Shown piece after piece: positions 23,448 through 35,000 of a DNA stretch of 64,000 nt. Location: assembly GCA_964019335.1 (NCBI GenBank), contig OZ025657.1, forward strand, positions 558,001 to 622,000, read 5' to 3'. Made by a program: the position numbers and the translations under genes. This DNA comes from Diplonema japonicum (Eukaryota; Protista; Euglenozoa: Diplonemea). The notes under the pieces were generated by a model. It was not told where the DNA came from. It did not search any database and was given only the letters and a program-made list of their open reading frames with translations. Within the stretch, counting starts at the first letter, position 1. Every line of letters starts with the position of its first letter.

Positions 23448-23651
23448 GTTCCAACCTCCTGATGGCAATGTGGTGCATGCACACAGTGCAGATTAATACA
23501 ACTAAAAGAAGAACAAAAGAAGAAATGTGTCTTTTTATATTGGGGTAGGGCACAAAAGCAACAGCAACCAAGGGTGGGGAAGGGGGGGGTATAATGAAAC
23601 ACCACCTCCCAATAATTTTAGCAGAGGCTAGGGTGCATGGCGGCTCCTCTC

Positions 23652-26600
23652 TCAACTAGCCACCATAGTCTGCTGGATGTCGCCGACGACTTCGTCGATC
23701 TGTGCAGACGGCTTGTTCTTCATGACCTTCTCGCCGGGGCGGTGTTGCTTCGCGCGAGTGGCGTCCTCTTTTTGGATGACGTCGCACTCCATCTTGAACC
23801 TCTCAAGGAAGGGAACAAGGGAACCGAAGAACTCCTCAGGCTGCGGCTTGTCCTTCACCTTCTTAGGTGCGGACCACATGGAGAGGACGTTGTTGAACTG
23901 CTCCTTGCATGTAGCGTACTCCGTTTGTAGCTTCGCAAGCTCCGCGTCCGCCGCGGTCTTGAAATCCATCATCTTCGTGACATATGGATCAGACGCCCCC
24001 TTCCCGCTCTTTTCAATGTGAGCTACAACGTTCTTGTACTGTGTCCCGAACTTCTTCAGCGCGTCCTCCGCGTCCTTGAACGCCCTGTCCAGGTCGTCGT
24101 ACTTGATCTGGTGCACGTTGTTCGCTGTGCTCTTCAGCTCTACAGGTAGCCCCAAAGCGTCGTACCGCTCCTTCTTCACAGTGTGTACCAAGTGTTGTAG
24201 CAGGTTAATCTTCCCACTCTTGTCCCTTGCAGCCTCAAGCTGAGTCAGTGTTTTTGGAGAGAACCCGCCTGCATTGCCTTTTGCTGTTCCTGCGTTCATT
24301 GTGTTGCCGAACCCAAGCAGAACACCTGTGTGTGTACGTGTGTGTGTGGATATACATACCCATCACGTACGGCAGCGACTGGCTGTCGATCACCGAGCAG
24401 ATGGCAGTCGTCAGCTTAGTCAGCGGTTTCACGATGTTCGACACCATCTCGTTCCAGTCTAGGGAGAACAGCCACGTCTCCGCACGCTTACGGAAGATCG
24501 CACTGTTGTACCTGGAAAAGGGTTGTGTCACAAAAAGAAGAAAAACAAACACATACTCGTGGATCATCTTGTAGTAAAGCTCGGGCTTTTCCCACTCCTC
24601 GTTCTTCGACATCTTCTCGTCAATCTTCGACACGAACATGTCTTCTTCTTCCTCCGTCGGTATCTGTGTGGCGGATGATGCGTTTCTTTCATTGGTACCT
24701 GTGCTTTCAGTGCTTCTAAGCAATCCCTGCTCAGAATGTCTTCGTCCAGGATGTCGAGCCCCTTCTTGATGTCATCTATCTCCGGCATTTTGTGCAACAT
24801 AATAGATATATTCTGGAACTTCTTGCTGTCCATCATCTCCGTCTTCTTTACCACCTCCTTCAAGGTGCTCTTCTTCTCTCGGCCCTTCTTTGCCTGGAAC
24901 TTATCAACGAAGTCGTCTTGATCGAATGAACAATCAACTTTGAAATGCACTGCATTCCACATTGTACCCTCTGCCTTCTCGTCTGAGACAGCAATTTTCT
25001 CCCAATGGAACACTCGCAGAGGGACCTTGGGCTTACCACCCTTCCACCACTGCACCTGCGGGCCTTTCGCACCTTTTCCCTTTTTAACGGGCGCCTTCGG
25101 GGCCTTGCCTTTACCAGCGACTGGTGGTGGGGGGGCTGCTTTCACTGCTGCGCTTGGTGCAGCTGGAGGTGGTGGAGCACCAGTAGGAGGCGCAGGTGCA
25201 GGAGGAGGTACAGCACCTCCATGGGACGGAGCACCTGCTGATTCAACGCCCGGCCTGGCTTCGACTGCACCACCTGCTGGAGTGGGTGCGGCCACTTGGG
25301 TAACTACGCCTGTGACGGGGTCCACATGCGAAACAGTGGCAGGAGCCGTGGTTGCACCAGACTCTTCGTCAGGCGGCGGCCCCATGTCGTCGCTGTCGCT
25401 ATCAGTGGAGGGTGGGGGGAGGGATTCTTCGTCATCTGTGGGCGGTTCGATGGAGTCGTCAGAGTCATCATCATCATCGTCATCAGGTGGCCCGATCCCG
25501 TCACTGTCCATCGAGTCGTCGGAGTCATCGTCGTCGAGGTTCATGCCAGGGGGACGGGGCGCACGTTCAGCAGCAGGTGTCGCCACAGGGCCCACAATGT
25601 GCTCTACGTTGCTGCGGAAATCCTGCGCAGCTTTGAACCCTTCGAAAAGCTTGCTGCGGACGTCGACCAGCATCATCTTATCAAGCGCGTTGCTCATTTG
25701 CACGGGGCGGGTGCTGGGGGGAATGGGGGCCGTAGGGATGTTCATCCCGCCACCGTCAGCGAACCTCTTTGTGGGGTGGTACAGCGGCGAGATGCCAAGC
25801 TGGATGGAGGCCGCGTAGAGGGTTTCCTGGAACTTCTGCATGCCCAACCTAGCGTCTCTGATTTTGTTCTGCTGCTGCTGGAAGATGAAGACTTCCTTGT
25901 TGATGCTATCGTAAGTAGTTTTCTCACGGTCGAACACCTTCATGTACTTCAGAGCGGACCCCCAACATTCAGGGATTTTCAGAGTGGACCGTGTTTTTTT
26001 AAAGGTTTCTAGCAGTCTTCTGAGGGTGACATCCTCAGAGGTCAGAGCGTCAGCCTTCTGGAGCAGCCCGCACTGCTGCCATCTGAATAGGAGTTTTTTA
26101 GCCTTGTATGCAGACTCTTCTTTAGTTTTCTGGAGGAGGATGTTGAGGAGGCCCATCACGTTGGTGAGAAGCTGGATCTCAGTGGTTCCGAGAAGGATGG
26201 CGAGGGTGGCGTAGCAGTCGATGCCTTCCTTCTCGACGAGGCGCTTGACTGCTTTGTGGACAGCACGGCGGCCGGCATCTATTTTGGTCTTGATAAGGGC
26301 GCCTTCGCTGTTTTGGGAAGTGATCCATGCTGCGTCCTCTGTGTTCTGCAACTGGTCAAGGAACTTCACAGTGATGATAAGGATAAGGACAGCGGGGCGG
26401 GCGATCTTGATGGCAACGTCGCCTTGTGAGTCCTTCTGCGTCACAATCTTCCACACTCTGTCTACGATGTCAGGCTGTTCTAGTAGTTGCTGCAGCCCGT
26501 TCAAGTACAGAAGCAGTCCGCACACAGTGTCCAGCACGTACCCCATAGCTGCACCAGCCTTTGGCATCAATTCCAACAAGTTCAACAAACCCCCAGCCTC

Positions 26601-26741
26601 CACCAACCCTTCTGCGAAATCCGAGTCAGCATCGACTCTCTGCTTGCACGAGTACACGACTCCCATCAGCTCTCTCCCACTTGGATCGGCGTGCTGTATC
26701 ATGTCCAACACCTCTCGCGGTGTTCTTGTAGAGATATCCAT
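23652..26741 (-). CDS. Formin (N-terminal helical domain, Pro-rich FH1, FH2)
   Basis: FH2 motifs LRVFHWEKI, QNISIML, LGFGNTMNAG, GFS...L..L. Introns 24664-24698, 24512-24556 and 24326-24359 give a continuous frame. Confidence 0.9.
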
Positions 26742-27058
26742 TTTTTTTTTTTGTTTGCTCCCCTTAGTCCGGGAGCGTCCTTTTCTTTTTTTTTTTTTTT
26801 TTTTTTTTTTGTTCCTCTCCTTTTTTTCCCCTCTCCTCTTCTTCAGCTCGCAGAGAAAGATGACAAAAACAAAATGTAGGAAAAGGAAACAGAGGGAGAG
26901 AAGGGAGAGAACAAATAGCAGTTAGAGAACATGCGTTCGGTGTGTCAAATATCATTTCGTAAGTAAACGACAACGTCGAGTGGACAGTGGGTAGGGGGGG
27001 GGGAGGGGGGATTGTTTTGTTTTTTTTTTCTGTTCCTCTGGACACATACGGATGGACG

Positions 27059-27106
27059 AGGGGCAAGTAACCCCTGTGGCAACTCAATCAAGCCGGAGTT
27101 GCCACA
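27059..27106. other. Tandem hairpins upstream of formin
   Basis: agggg-caagtaa-cccct followed by tgtggcaactc-(10 nt)-gagttgccaca (perfect 11-bp stem). Confidence 0.6.
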
Positions 27107-27739
27107 CGTTCCTATCACGTCAGGTAGATGCAGTCTGAGGACTGTGTCATGATCTTTTCGCTGTCTTCACAACCCGCAGCGGTGGACTCAAAAAGTCGTT
27201 TGTAGTAGTAATAGTGGTTTCATCTCTCCCCCCCCCCCCCCCCCCCCCGTTTGGGACCTTCTCGTGAGCTGAAAAAAACAACGAAATACGGTGTCCAAGT
27301 CAAATAAGAAAAAAGAGAGAAGAGAACAATGTTTGTCTCAGGAAACAGTTTATAAAAAAAAAAAAAAAAAAGTAAAAAGAATAAGTGTAAAAGAGTTAAT
27401 AAGAAGAAAAAAGAAATTGGTGGTGTTACATGGAGGAAAAAAAAAGAGGGAAAAAAGGGAAGAAAACAGGAGAAAAGGGGAGAAGATGAAAGAGGGAGGA
27501 ATACCATAAAAGGGGGGAGGGAGCAAAGAAATCGGAAAATAAAGTTGGCTTTGCACCCCTACTTTGTTACTTGCTCTTTGTTTCGCACTTACTATCCTTT
27601 GCCAGATTTCTTTTTATTTCTTGTTCTCCAAGATATGACTTAATCACTATATACATGCACTGCCAGCAAGCCCTTCCAGCTCGGAAATTGGCACCAACAG
27701 GGTAAAAAAGTCAGAAAAAGGATAGTCGCATCGCACAGC

Positions 27740-29133
27740 TTACATCTTAGCAATCTCTGCCTCGACCTCCTTAGTCTTGCCCTGTTCCAACATCTGTTCC
27801 CACTTCACAAGCTTAGAATTTCCGCTGATCTGTAATGTAATGTAATGTGATGTAATGTAAATCATACCATGATGTTCACTAGCTGCACCTCAGACTTCCC
27901 AAGACGGTCAGCGTTGGAAACATCCCATTTGCCTCCGACAGAAGCAGAGTCCACACCAGCTGTGCCACGGGCCTGCAGACCCATCTTCTTGCACATGTTC
28001 TTGAAGTCCTTCCTCTGCGACACAAGAGGGATGTTCAACATTTGTCCAGCACGCAGACCCGTCCCAAGGTTGGATGGGCAAGTCAAGATGTAGCCAAGGT
28101 GCTCGTTGTGCATGAAGTCGTAGCCCTCTGACTTCAACACCTTCTGTACCTCGTTGCACGCTGTCGAGAACCTGCGGAACACATCCTTGATGTCGTCACC
28201 CTTCTGCATCGACACGATCCTCAGGTGGTCCTCCTCACCCACCCACACGAAGAAGTTCTTCGCGTCGTTGTGGAAGATCCCACGGGCGTCAGGCCAGTGT
28301 CTCCCCATCCCACTCGCCAGCAGAAGTGTCGAGTCGGGCTCCTGGAACAGATTCCCAGCAGACCTCAGTTCCTCTTCCTTCTTCTCGGACATCCCACCCA
28401 TCTTGGGTTGGTACGACATGCTCCCATGGAGGGGGAAGTAGTCACCCTTCAAAACACCCTTCAGGTTCAACAACCCCTTCACACACACCCTCTCCAGCTC
28501 CCTGCGTTCATCGAAGCCGATGGCGGGCGGGAGCCTGATGCCCCTCACAGACCTTCCCGTGCGCACCCTCGAGGTGAGGACGTACTTCCCACTGGGGTCG
28601 ATCTTGGTGTCGAGGACGTGGTTGATGTCCATGTCGGTGGGGTGCTTCGCGTTCCTCGGGTACCCCCCGTGCCTGGCGGAGATGACAGGCTCGAACAGGT
28701 CTGCAAAGACGGTGAACGACTCCTCGTCGCCGGCGGTGATCCCGCAGGTCTTGATCATCGGGTGCCCTGGGTTGTCAACACCCGTTTTGATACACTTCGC
28801 AAGGGTCACACCATTCTTCGTGGTGACATCCTTGTACTTGGCGTAGATCTCAGGGTGGTCCCTCAGGAACTCAGCCATAAAGCTGGAGTGGTTCGTCATG
28901 TCGGGCATCTGGTCGGGAGTGAAGTCGGCCGGGTAGGTGGCACCCTTCTCGGTGCAGTAGTACTCCTTGTCACCGCAGCCGGCTTGGATCCACTTGGGGA
29001 GCTTCCTCACGCCGGGCGACATCGCCTTCGGGGGGTAGTCGAGAGAGGCACAACTGCCCTGCTCTACACCAGCGGCAACACCGAAGCCCACAGTGCAAGC
29101 TGCCGCGAGTCTCAGGCCGCGTCTGATATACAT
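27740..29133 (-). CDS. Creatine-kinase-like phosphagen kinase, copy 1
   Basis: GVDNPGHP, SRVRTGRS, WPDARG, EEDH, TCPSNLGT, SNADRLG. A 38-nt intron at 27830-27867 precedes the final exon ISGNSKLVKWEQMLEQGKTKEVEAEIAKM*. Confidence 0.92.
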
Positions 29134-29804
29134 TTTACTTATGTGTGGAGGAGCTGTGTAGAGCTGTGTAGAGCTTCAGAGAAGAAAGAATTCTGCAAAA
29201 AAGAAAAGGAACCTACGGCTACCCGTCACAGTGGCTGGGTATTGCTTTGCTTCCGTACCGAAAAAAGAGAGGGGGAAAAGAGAATGTGTAAATAATGTAG
29301 AATGGAAATAGGCACCACGAGAGTGCGCCTCTTCAGTTTTTTTTTTTTTTTTCCTTCTCAAGAAACAATCTTAGTTTTGTTATTGCAAAGAAGAAGGGGG
29401 GAAATAGCGGGATAAAATGAGACTGGGGAGGTTATATAAGGGTTGAACAGGGAAGGCCCTCGTAAGTAGTGTACAGTGAGAATGGAGGAAAAAGAAATAT
29501 AGTAACTTGACATGCAGAGGGGAATGCATATTGGCCTAACGGGAAGAAAGCCTAGAATAGCCTTTTTCTCGTTTCTTTTTTAAACACCCACCATGCGGTT
29601 TTAAATTTCTTGAAGTCAAATCAACAATTGATTACAAAATCACTTAATCTAAAGCGCAACTTTGGAGGGAATCAAGAAGAGAATAAAAAGGAACGGGGTA
29701 GAAGAAAAAAAAAAAGAAAGAAAAAAAAAGAAAATAAAAATACAACAACTCTTCGGTGGTAAAAGGAAAAGAAATTAAGCTTGCCTTATTGTTTTCAACG
29801 GGAA

Positions 29805-31207
29805 TCACATGTTGCCAATCTCTGCCTCAACCTCCCTCGTCTTGCCCTGTTCCAACATCTGTTCCCACTTCACAAGCTTAGAATTTCCGCTGATCTGTAA
29901 TGTAATGTAATGTGATGTAATGTAAATCATACCATGATGTTCACTAGCTGCACCTCAGACTTCCCAAGACGGTCAGCGTTGGAAACATCCCATTTGCCTC
30001 CGACAGAAGCAGAGTCCACACCAGCTGTGCCACGGGCCTGCAGACCCATCTTCTTGCACATGTTCTTGAAGTCCTTCCTCTGCGACACAAGAGGGATGTT
30101 CAACATTTGTCCAGCACGCAGACCCGTCCCAAGGTTGGATGGGCAAGTCAAGATGTAGCCAAGGTGCTCGTTGTGCATGAAGTCGTAGCCCTCTGACTTC
30201 AACACCTTCTGTACCTCGTTGCACGCTGTCGAGAACCTGCGGAACACATCCTTGATGTCGTCACCCTTCTGCATCGACACGATCCTCAGGTGGTCCTCCT
30301 CACCCACCCACACGAAGAAGTTCTTCGCGTCGTTGTGGAAGATCCCACGGGCGTCAGGCCAGTGTCTCCCCATCCCACTCGCCAGCAGAAGTGTCGAGTC
30401 GGGCTCCTGGAACAGATTCCCAGCAGACCTCAGTTCCTCTTCCTTCTTCTCGGACATCCCACCCATCTTGGGTTGGTACGACATGCTCCCATGGAGGGGG
30501 AAGTAGTCACCCTTCAAAACACCCTTCAGGTTCAACAACCCCTTCACACACACCCTCTCCAGCTCCCTGCGTTCATCGAAGCCGATGGCGGGCGGGAGCC
30601 TGATGCCCCTCACAGACCTTCCCGTGCGCACCCTCGAGGTGAGGACGTACTTCCCACTGGGGTCGATCTTGGTGTCGAGGACGTGGTTGATGTCCATGTC
30701 GGTGGGGTGCTTCGCGTTCCTCGGGTACCCCCCGTGCCTGGCGGAGATGACAGGCTCGAACAGGTCTGCAAAGACGGTGAACGACTCCTCGTCGCCGGCG
30801 GTGATCCCGCAGGTCTTGATCATCGGGTGCCCTGGGTTGTCAACACCCGTTTTGATACACTTCGCAAGGGTCACACCATTCTTCGTGGTGACATCCTTGT
30901 ACTTGGCGTAGATCTCAGGGTGGTCCCTCAGGAACTCAGCCATAAAGCTGGAGTGGTTCGTCATGTCGGGCATCTGGTCGGGAGTGAAGCTTGCCGGGTA
31001 GGTGGCACCCTTCTCGGTGCAGTAGTACTCCTTGTCACCGCAGCCGGCTTGGATCCACTTGGGGAGCTTCCTCACGCCGGGCGACATCGCCTTCGGGGGG
31101 TAGTCGAGAGAGGCACAGTTCCCACCTCCCTTCCCAAATGAGGCGATTCCGAACCCTGCAGTGCACGCAGCTGCTAGACCGAGTCCGCGCTTCATGGTTT
31201 TCGACAT
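29805..31207 (-). CDS. Creatine-kinase-like phosphagen kinase, copy 2 (tandem duplicate)
   Basis: Core near-identical to copy 1, including the intron at 29895-29932; different N-terminus and last residues (...TREVEAEIGNM*). Confidence 0.92.
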
Positions 31208-31563
31208 TTAGTTCCTGCTTTTCTTTTTCCCTTTTAGCTTCAGAACCTTAGGGAAGTGTGGTGTTGAGGACAAAAAAGGGAGGTCGAAGAAGAAGAAGAA
31301 GAAAGAAAAAGAAAAATCAATTAAGAGCAGTTGAGGCGAAAAAATATTTGTAAATAAAAAAAGAAAGAAAGATGAGATGTGGAGGAGAGGGAGGATATTT
31401 CTTCTGAAAAAAATAAAATGGCTCAGTGAGAGAGAGTTAAGTCACCTCCCACCGCTCACAGGCCACGGGAAGGAGCGGCGCAAAAGTTTGCAGGCTTTTT
31501 CTTTCTTGTTCTTCCTCCCGTGTGTGTGTGTGTGTCCCCTAAAAACCCTCCCCAAATCACTAC

Positions 31564-31605
<42 letters not shown>

Positions 31606-31871
31606 TGTTATTTATCCCTCCCCGAAGCGTTTATTCTGATTTCTGTAAACCTCCATTCCTTGAGGCAAGCCCCCACAATATAAAACCGCGGCGAAAAAAG
31701 AAAATGTGTCATATACACAACGAAGAATGGAAAGAAAAAAAAAAGAAGAAAAAAACACACTTTTTTTTTCTGAGTTTTTTTATTTTTATTTTTTTTTCTT
31801 AAATACCCATTTCTAAAACCCTGCCTTTCCAAAAGAAAGAAAAACTATGGTACACAAAAAAAAAAGGATAA

Positions 31872-31955
31872 AAAAATAAAAAATAAAAATAAAAATAAAA
31901 ATAAAAATAAAAATAAAAATAAAAATAAAAATAAAAACAAAAATAAAAATAAAAA
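31872..31955. repeat. (AAAAAT)n microsatellite
   Basis: Direct reading. Confidence 0.9.
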
Positions 31956-32004
31956 CAACACTTTTTTTTTCTTTTTTCTCGCACCCTTTCCCCCCCCCCT
32001 TTTT

Positions 32005-35000
32005 TTAATGCACATCTGTAGTGTCACAATGCCTAATGGCGAGAAGAAGTTGTTCCCGTAGAATAGCAGCAGTTGAAAAGCGCGGGAGGTCAAGCTGGTT
32101 GAAGCACGTGTGCGCCATTGGAAGCGAGTCTTTACGGTGCGACAGAGCTATGCGTTCGATTCTAATTTGCAACGGTTGATGAAGAGGCATTCTAGGTCGT
32201 CCCGTGACGAACCTGAGAAACCGCTGTTTGTCAAGCCTCGAACATGTGGTAAGCACAGACCAAAGATCATGTGTTTCCTCCTCCGTGATGCTGAAACCAA
32301 GCCTCGCGTTCTTCGCCAGCTCCCCTATGTCGACATCGGGCTTCCCACAAATCCTCGTTTCGATCTCCTGAGCAGAGAGTAAGGCCAACACAATGTTGGG
32401 CACAACCTCCAGCATCCCTTTCCTCAAGCTGTTGATCTGTTGGTCTGACTCCTTCAGCTTTGCCTCCGCCGCCAACTTACAATATTTATGCCTGTTTTGC
32501 AAGGTTACAGGTATCTGCCTTCCATGAGGAACCAGATCGTGCAACAGGCACCTCTTCTGCTGGTCCTGATGCCCTGGTACCGCAAAGTAAAGCATTAACT
32601 CAGAAAATTCTTCCTCAGTCAAATCCTGACCTCCGCTCCGTGCTTCCTTCGCGATGCCAAGCGTCCTGAAGAACTCGGCATCGTAGTGATCCGCTTGGCT
32701 GCATGGTTCCCACACCAGCTTCTTCCAGAACAGCGGGTGCAAGTCGATGCCGAGGATGTCGTTCGTTCGAAGACAAGTCCCCATCAGCCTCCCTATCGTC
32801 CCTAGCAGCGCGAGTTCCTGTTGTCGTATTTTTTTTTCTTTTTTCTTTTGCAGTAAACATACCTCAGGGTTCGTGCAGTTCGGGTTGAGGTAGAACCTGT
32901 CCTCACAAGGAATGAGCAGGTTGGAGTTCGGTGCCATCAGTTCCTTTTTTTTTTTTTTTTTTTTTTTCTAAATAAATATTTGTTTACAACATACCTGGCT
33001 GATAGATGACAGCAAGTCCTTATACAGCCCTCCGATATCAATACCATCCTCGCCGGAGAAGCGCACAGCGAAGGCAGGAGTGGAGCACGACAGTTGCACC
33101 GACCCGTCACATAGGTGTGAGTGCAGTTGGGGCAGAAGAGTCGTCGGCTGGTGGAAATGGGCTTCTTTCGTATCTGTGGTAAGATGAAAACCCAAAGTAC
33201 CCCTCGAGACATACCATCGTTGTGGTCAGGGTACCTGTTGAAGGTGAGGCATGCCTTGCCAACGGTTTCGACCTTTGGTGTGTGATATTTACAACAACCG
33301 AATACCTCAGTTTGCTTTAGTGCCGTGCTCACTACTGCGTCTTTGCACTGCGTCAGCAGCAGCCCCTTCGTGGCCATGAAGCGCTTGGCGAGCTCTGAGT
33401 TCCGTGTCCCATGCTGTGTGAGATCCAAGTAATACACAATGGGGATCAGCAGCACAGAGTTGATATTATACAGCGTCATCAAACAAGCGCTGACCTCAGT
33501 GCGTGTCAAGTCCGGAAGGGGGATAGAGATGCCACCAGCGATTTCTGTCATAAACGCAGTGCTGCTGGGAGCCTGAAGGTCAGGATTGATGTGGTGCTGC
33601 AGTGCCCTGTGGTCATGTGGTCATGTTGTCGTGCCGCAAGCAGCATACCTATACACCGCGTCGGGCGACAGCCTGAAGAGCGTGTTACCGTTCTTTGACA
33701 ACGAACTTACGAGCTGTGAATGCAGTTTTGTTTTAGTATGTATCACGTTACCTGTGCGAAGGCTGACCACTGCTTCACCCCCAGCACAGGGTGTACGCCC
33801 TCCCGCACTCCACCAGGTTTCCCCCACCGGTACGCGTTGATGAGAGAAGAATCGATGTCCGGAACTGTGTTGTCTCATGATTTATATTGTCACACACCTG
33901 GAGCGGGTAAGAAGACTGTAACCGTCGTGACAGCACGCACTTCTGTGCTGCGAAGCCGCCTGCGGCGGCTAACTAAGTCATGGTGGTGCTTGGATACGGG
34001 AGCGGCTTCAATCCATGCACGAGGCACATCAGGGCGCCTCTGCGCTGTAAGTATGGAAGGCAGGGCCAGCGGTTTGTCACTGGTAATGCGGGAGACAAAG
34101 TCCTCGAAGCCTTCGAGAAGGGCAAATATAGAGTCTTTGGCGGAGCGTGCTGGGACGGACTGGATGAGGTCGTCCAATAGGTCCGACGCACCGGCGGTTA
34201 CCAGTCCGTGACGCAACCTAACTAGTAGCTCAAGAGCAGCATGCCACACGGGGGCACCTGCAGACAGCGGGGCGGTCCTGTGTGCAGCCAAAACATGTCG
34301 CAGCAACGGCCCCAACGCTTCCACACCCTCAGTCACCGCAAGTGGCGGTGATGACCCAACATACTGCTTCAAGAAGATTGGTGCCAGATCAGCAACAAGC
34401 GCTAATGCATCCCTCCTTTTCCTTTTCGAGTGCATGTGCGCAGCAGCCACGAGTGCGGCCAATATAGAGACTCCTTTCCTGGTGTTCACTTGCGGGACAC
34501 CTTTCAGTATCGTCATCAGCGGCCACCTCCCGCTCCTAGACTCCTTACCGTGTGCTCCCAACAGCAAGGGACGCAGCACAGCCAATGCCGTGTCGAACGA
34601 AGAGTGGAATATCCAACTCCTTTTCGTGCTCGTTAAGGCTGGGGCCGAGTTTGTAAGTGGCTTCATCAATTGCACGCCGTTCCATTCAGTTGGCGACCAG
34701 CCTAGCTGGTGATGCAGCCATTTCCCGCACTGCTTGACTTCCGCAACAACCTGTCCCGGCAGCAGTGCGGAAAACACAACAGAGAGCACAGAAGGCGACG
34801 GTGTGATTTTGACGAGCGAGTCTGGCATAGCAGCAAGAACCTTCCACCTCTGTACGTGCTGAGGTACAACTTCTTGCGGCTGACAAGCCAAGCTTAGTAG
34901 TCTGCCCATAAGGGTGTGCAGTGCAGCCACACCTCCTAGTTCGACGACGCACTCCGAAATGGCCAAGGCAGCTGTGGTACTACGAGTCGTCACCTTAGGG

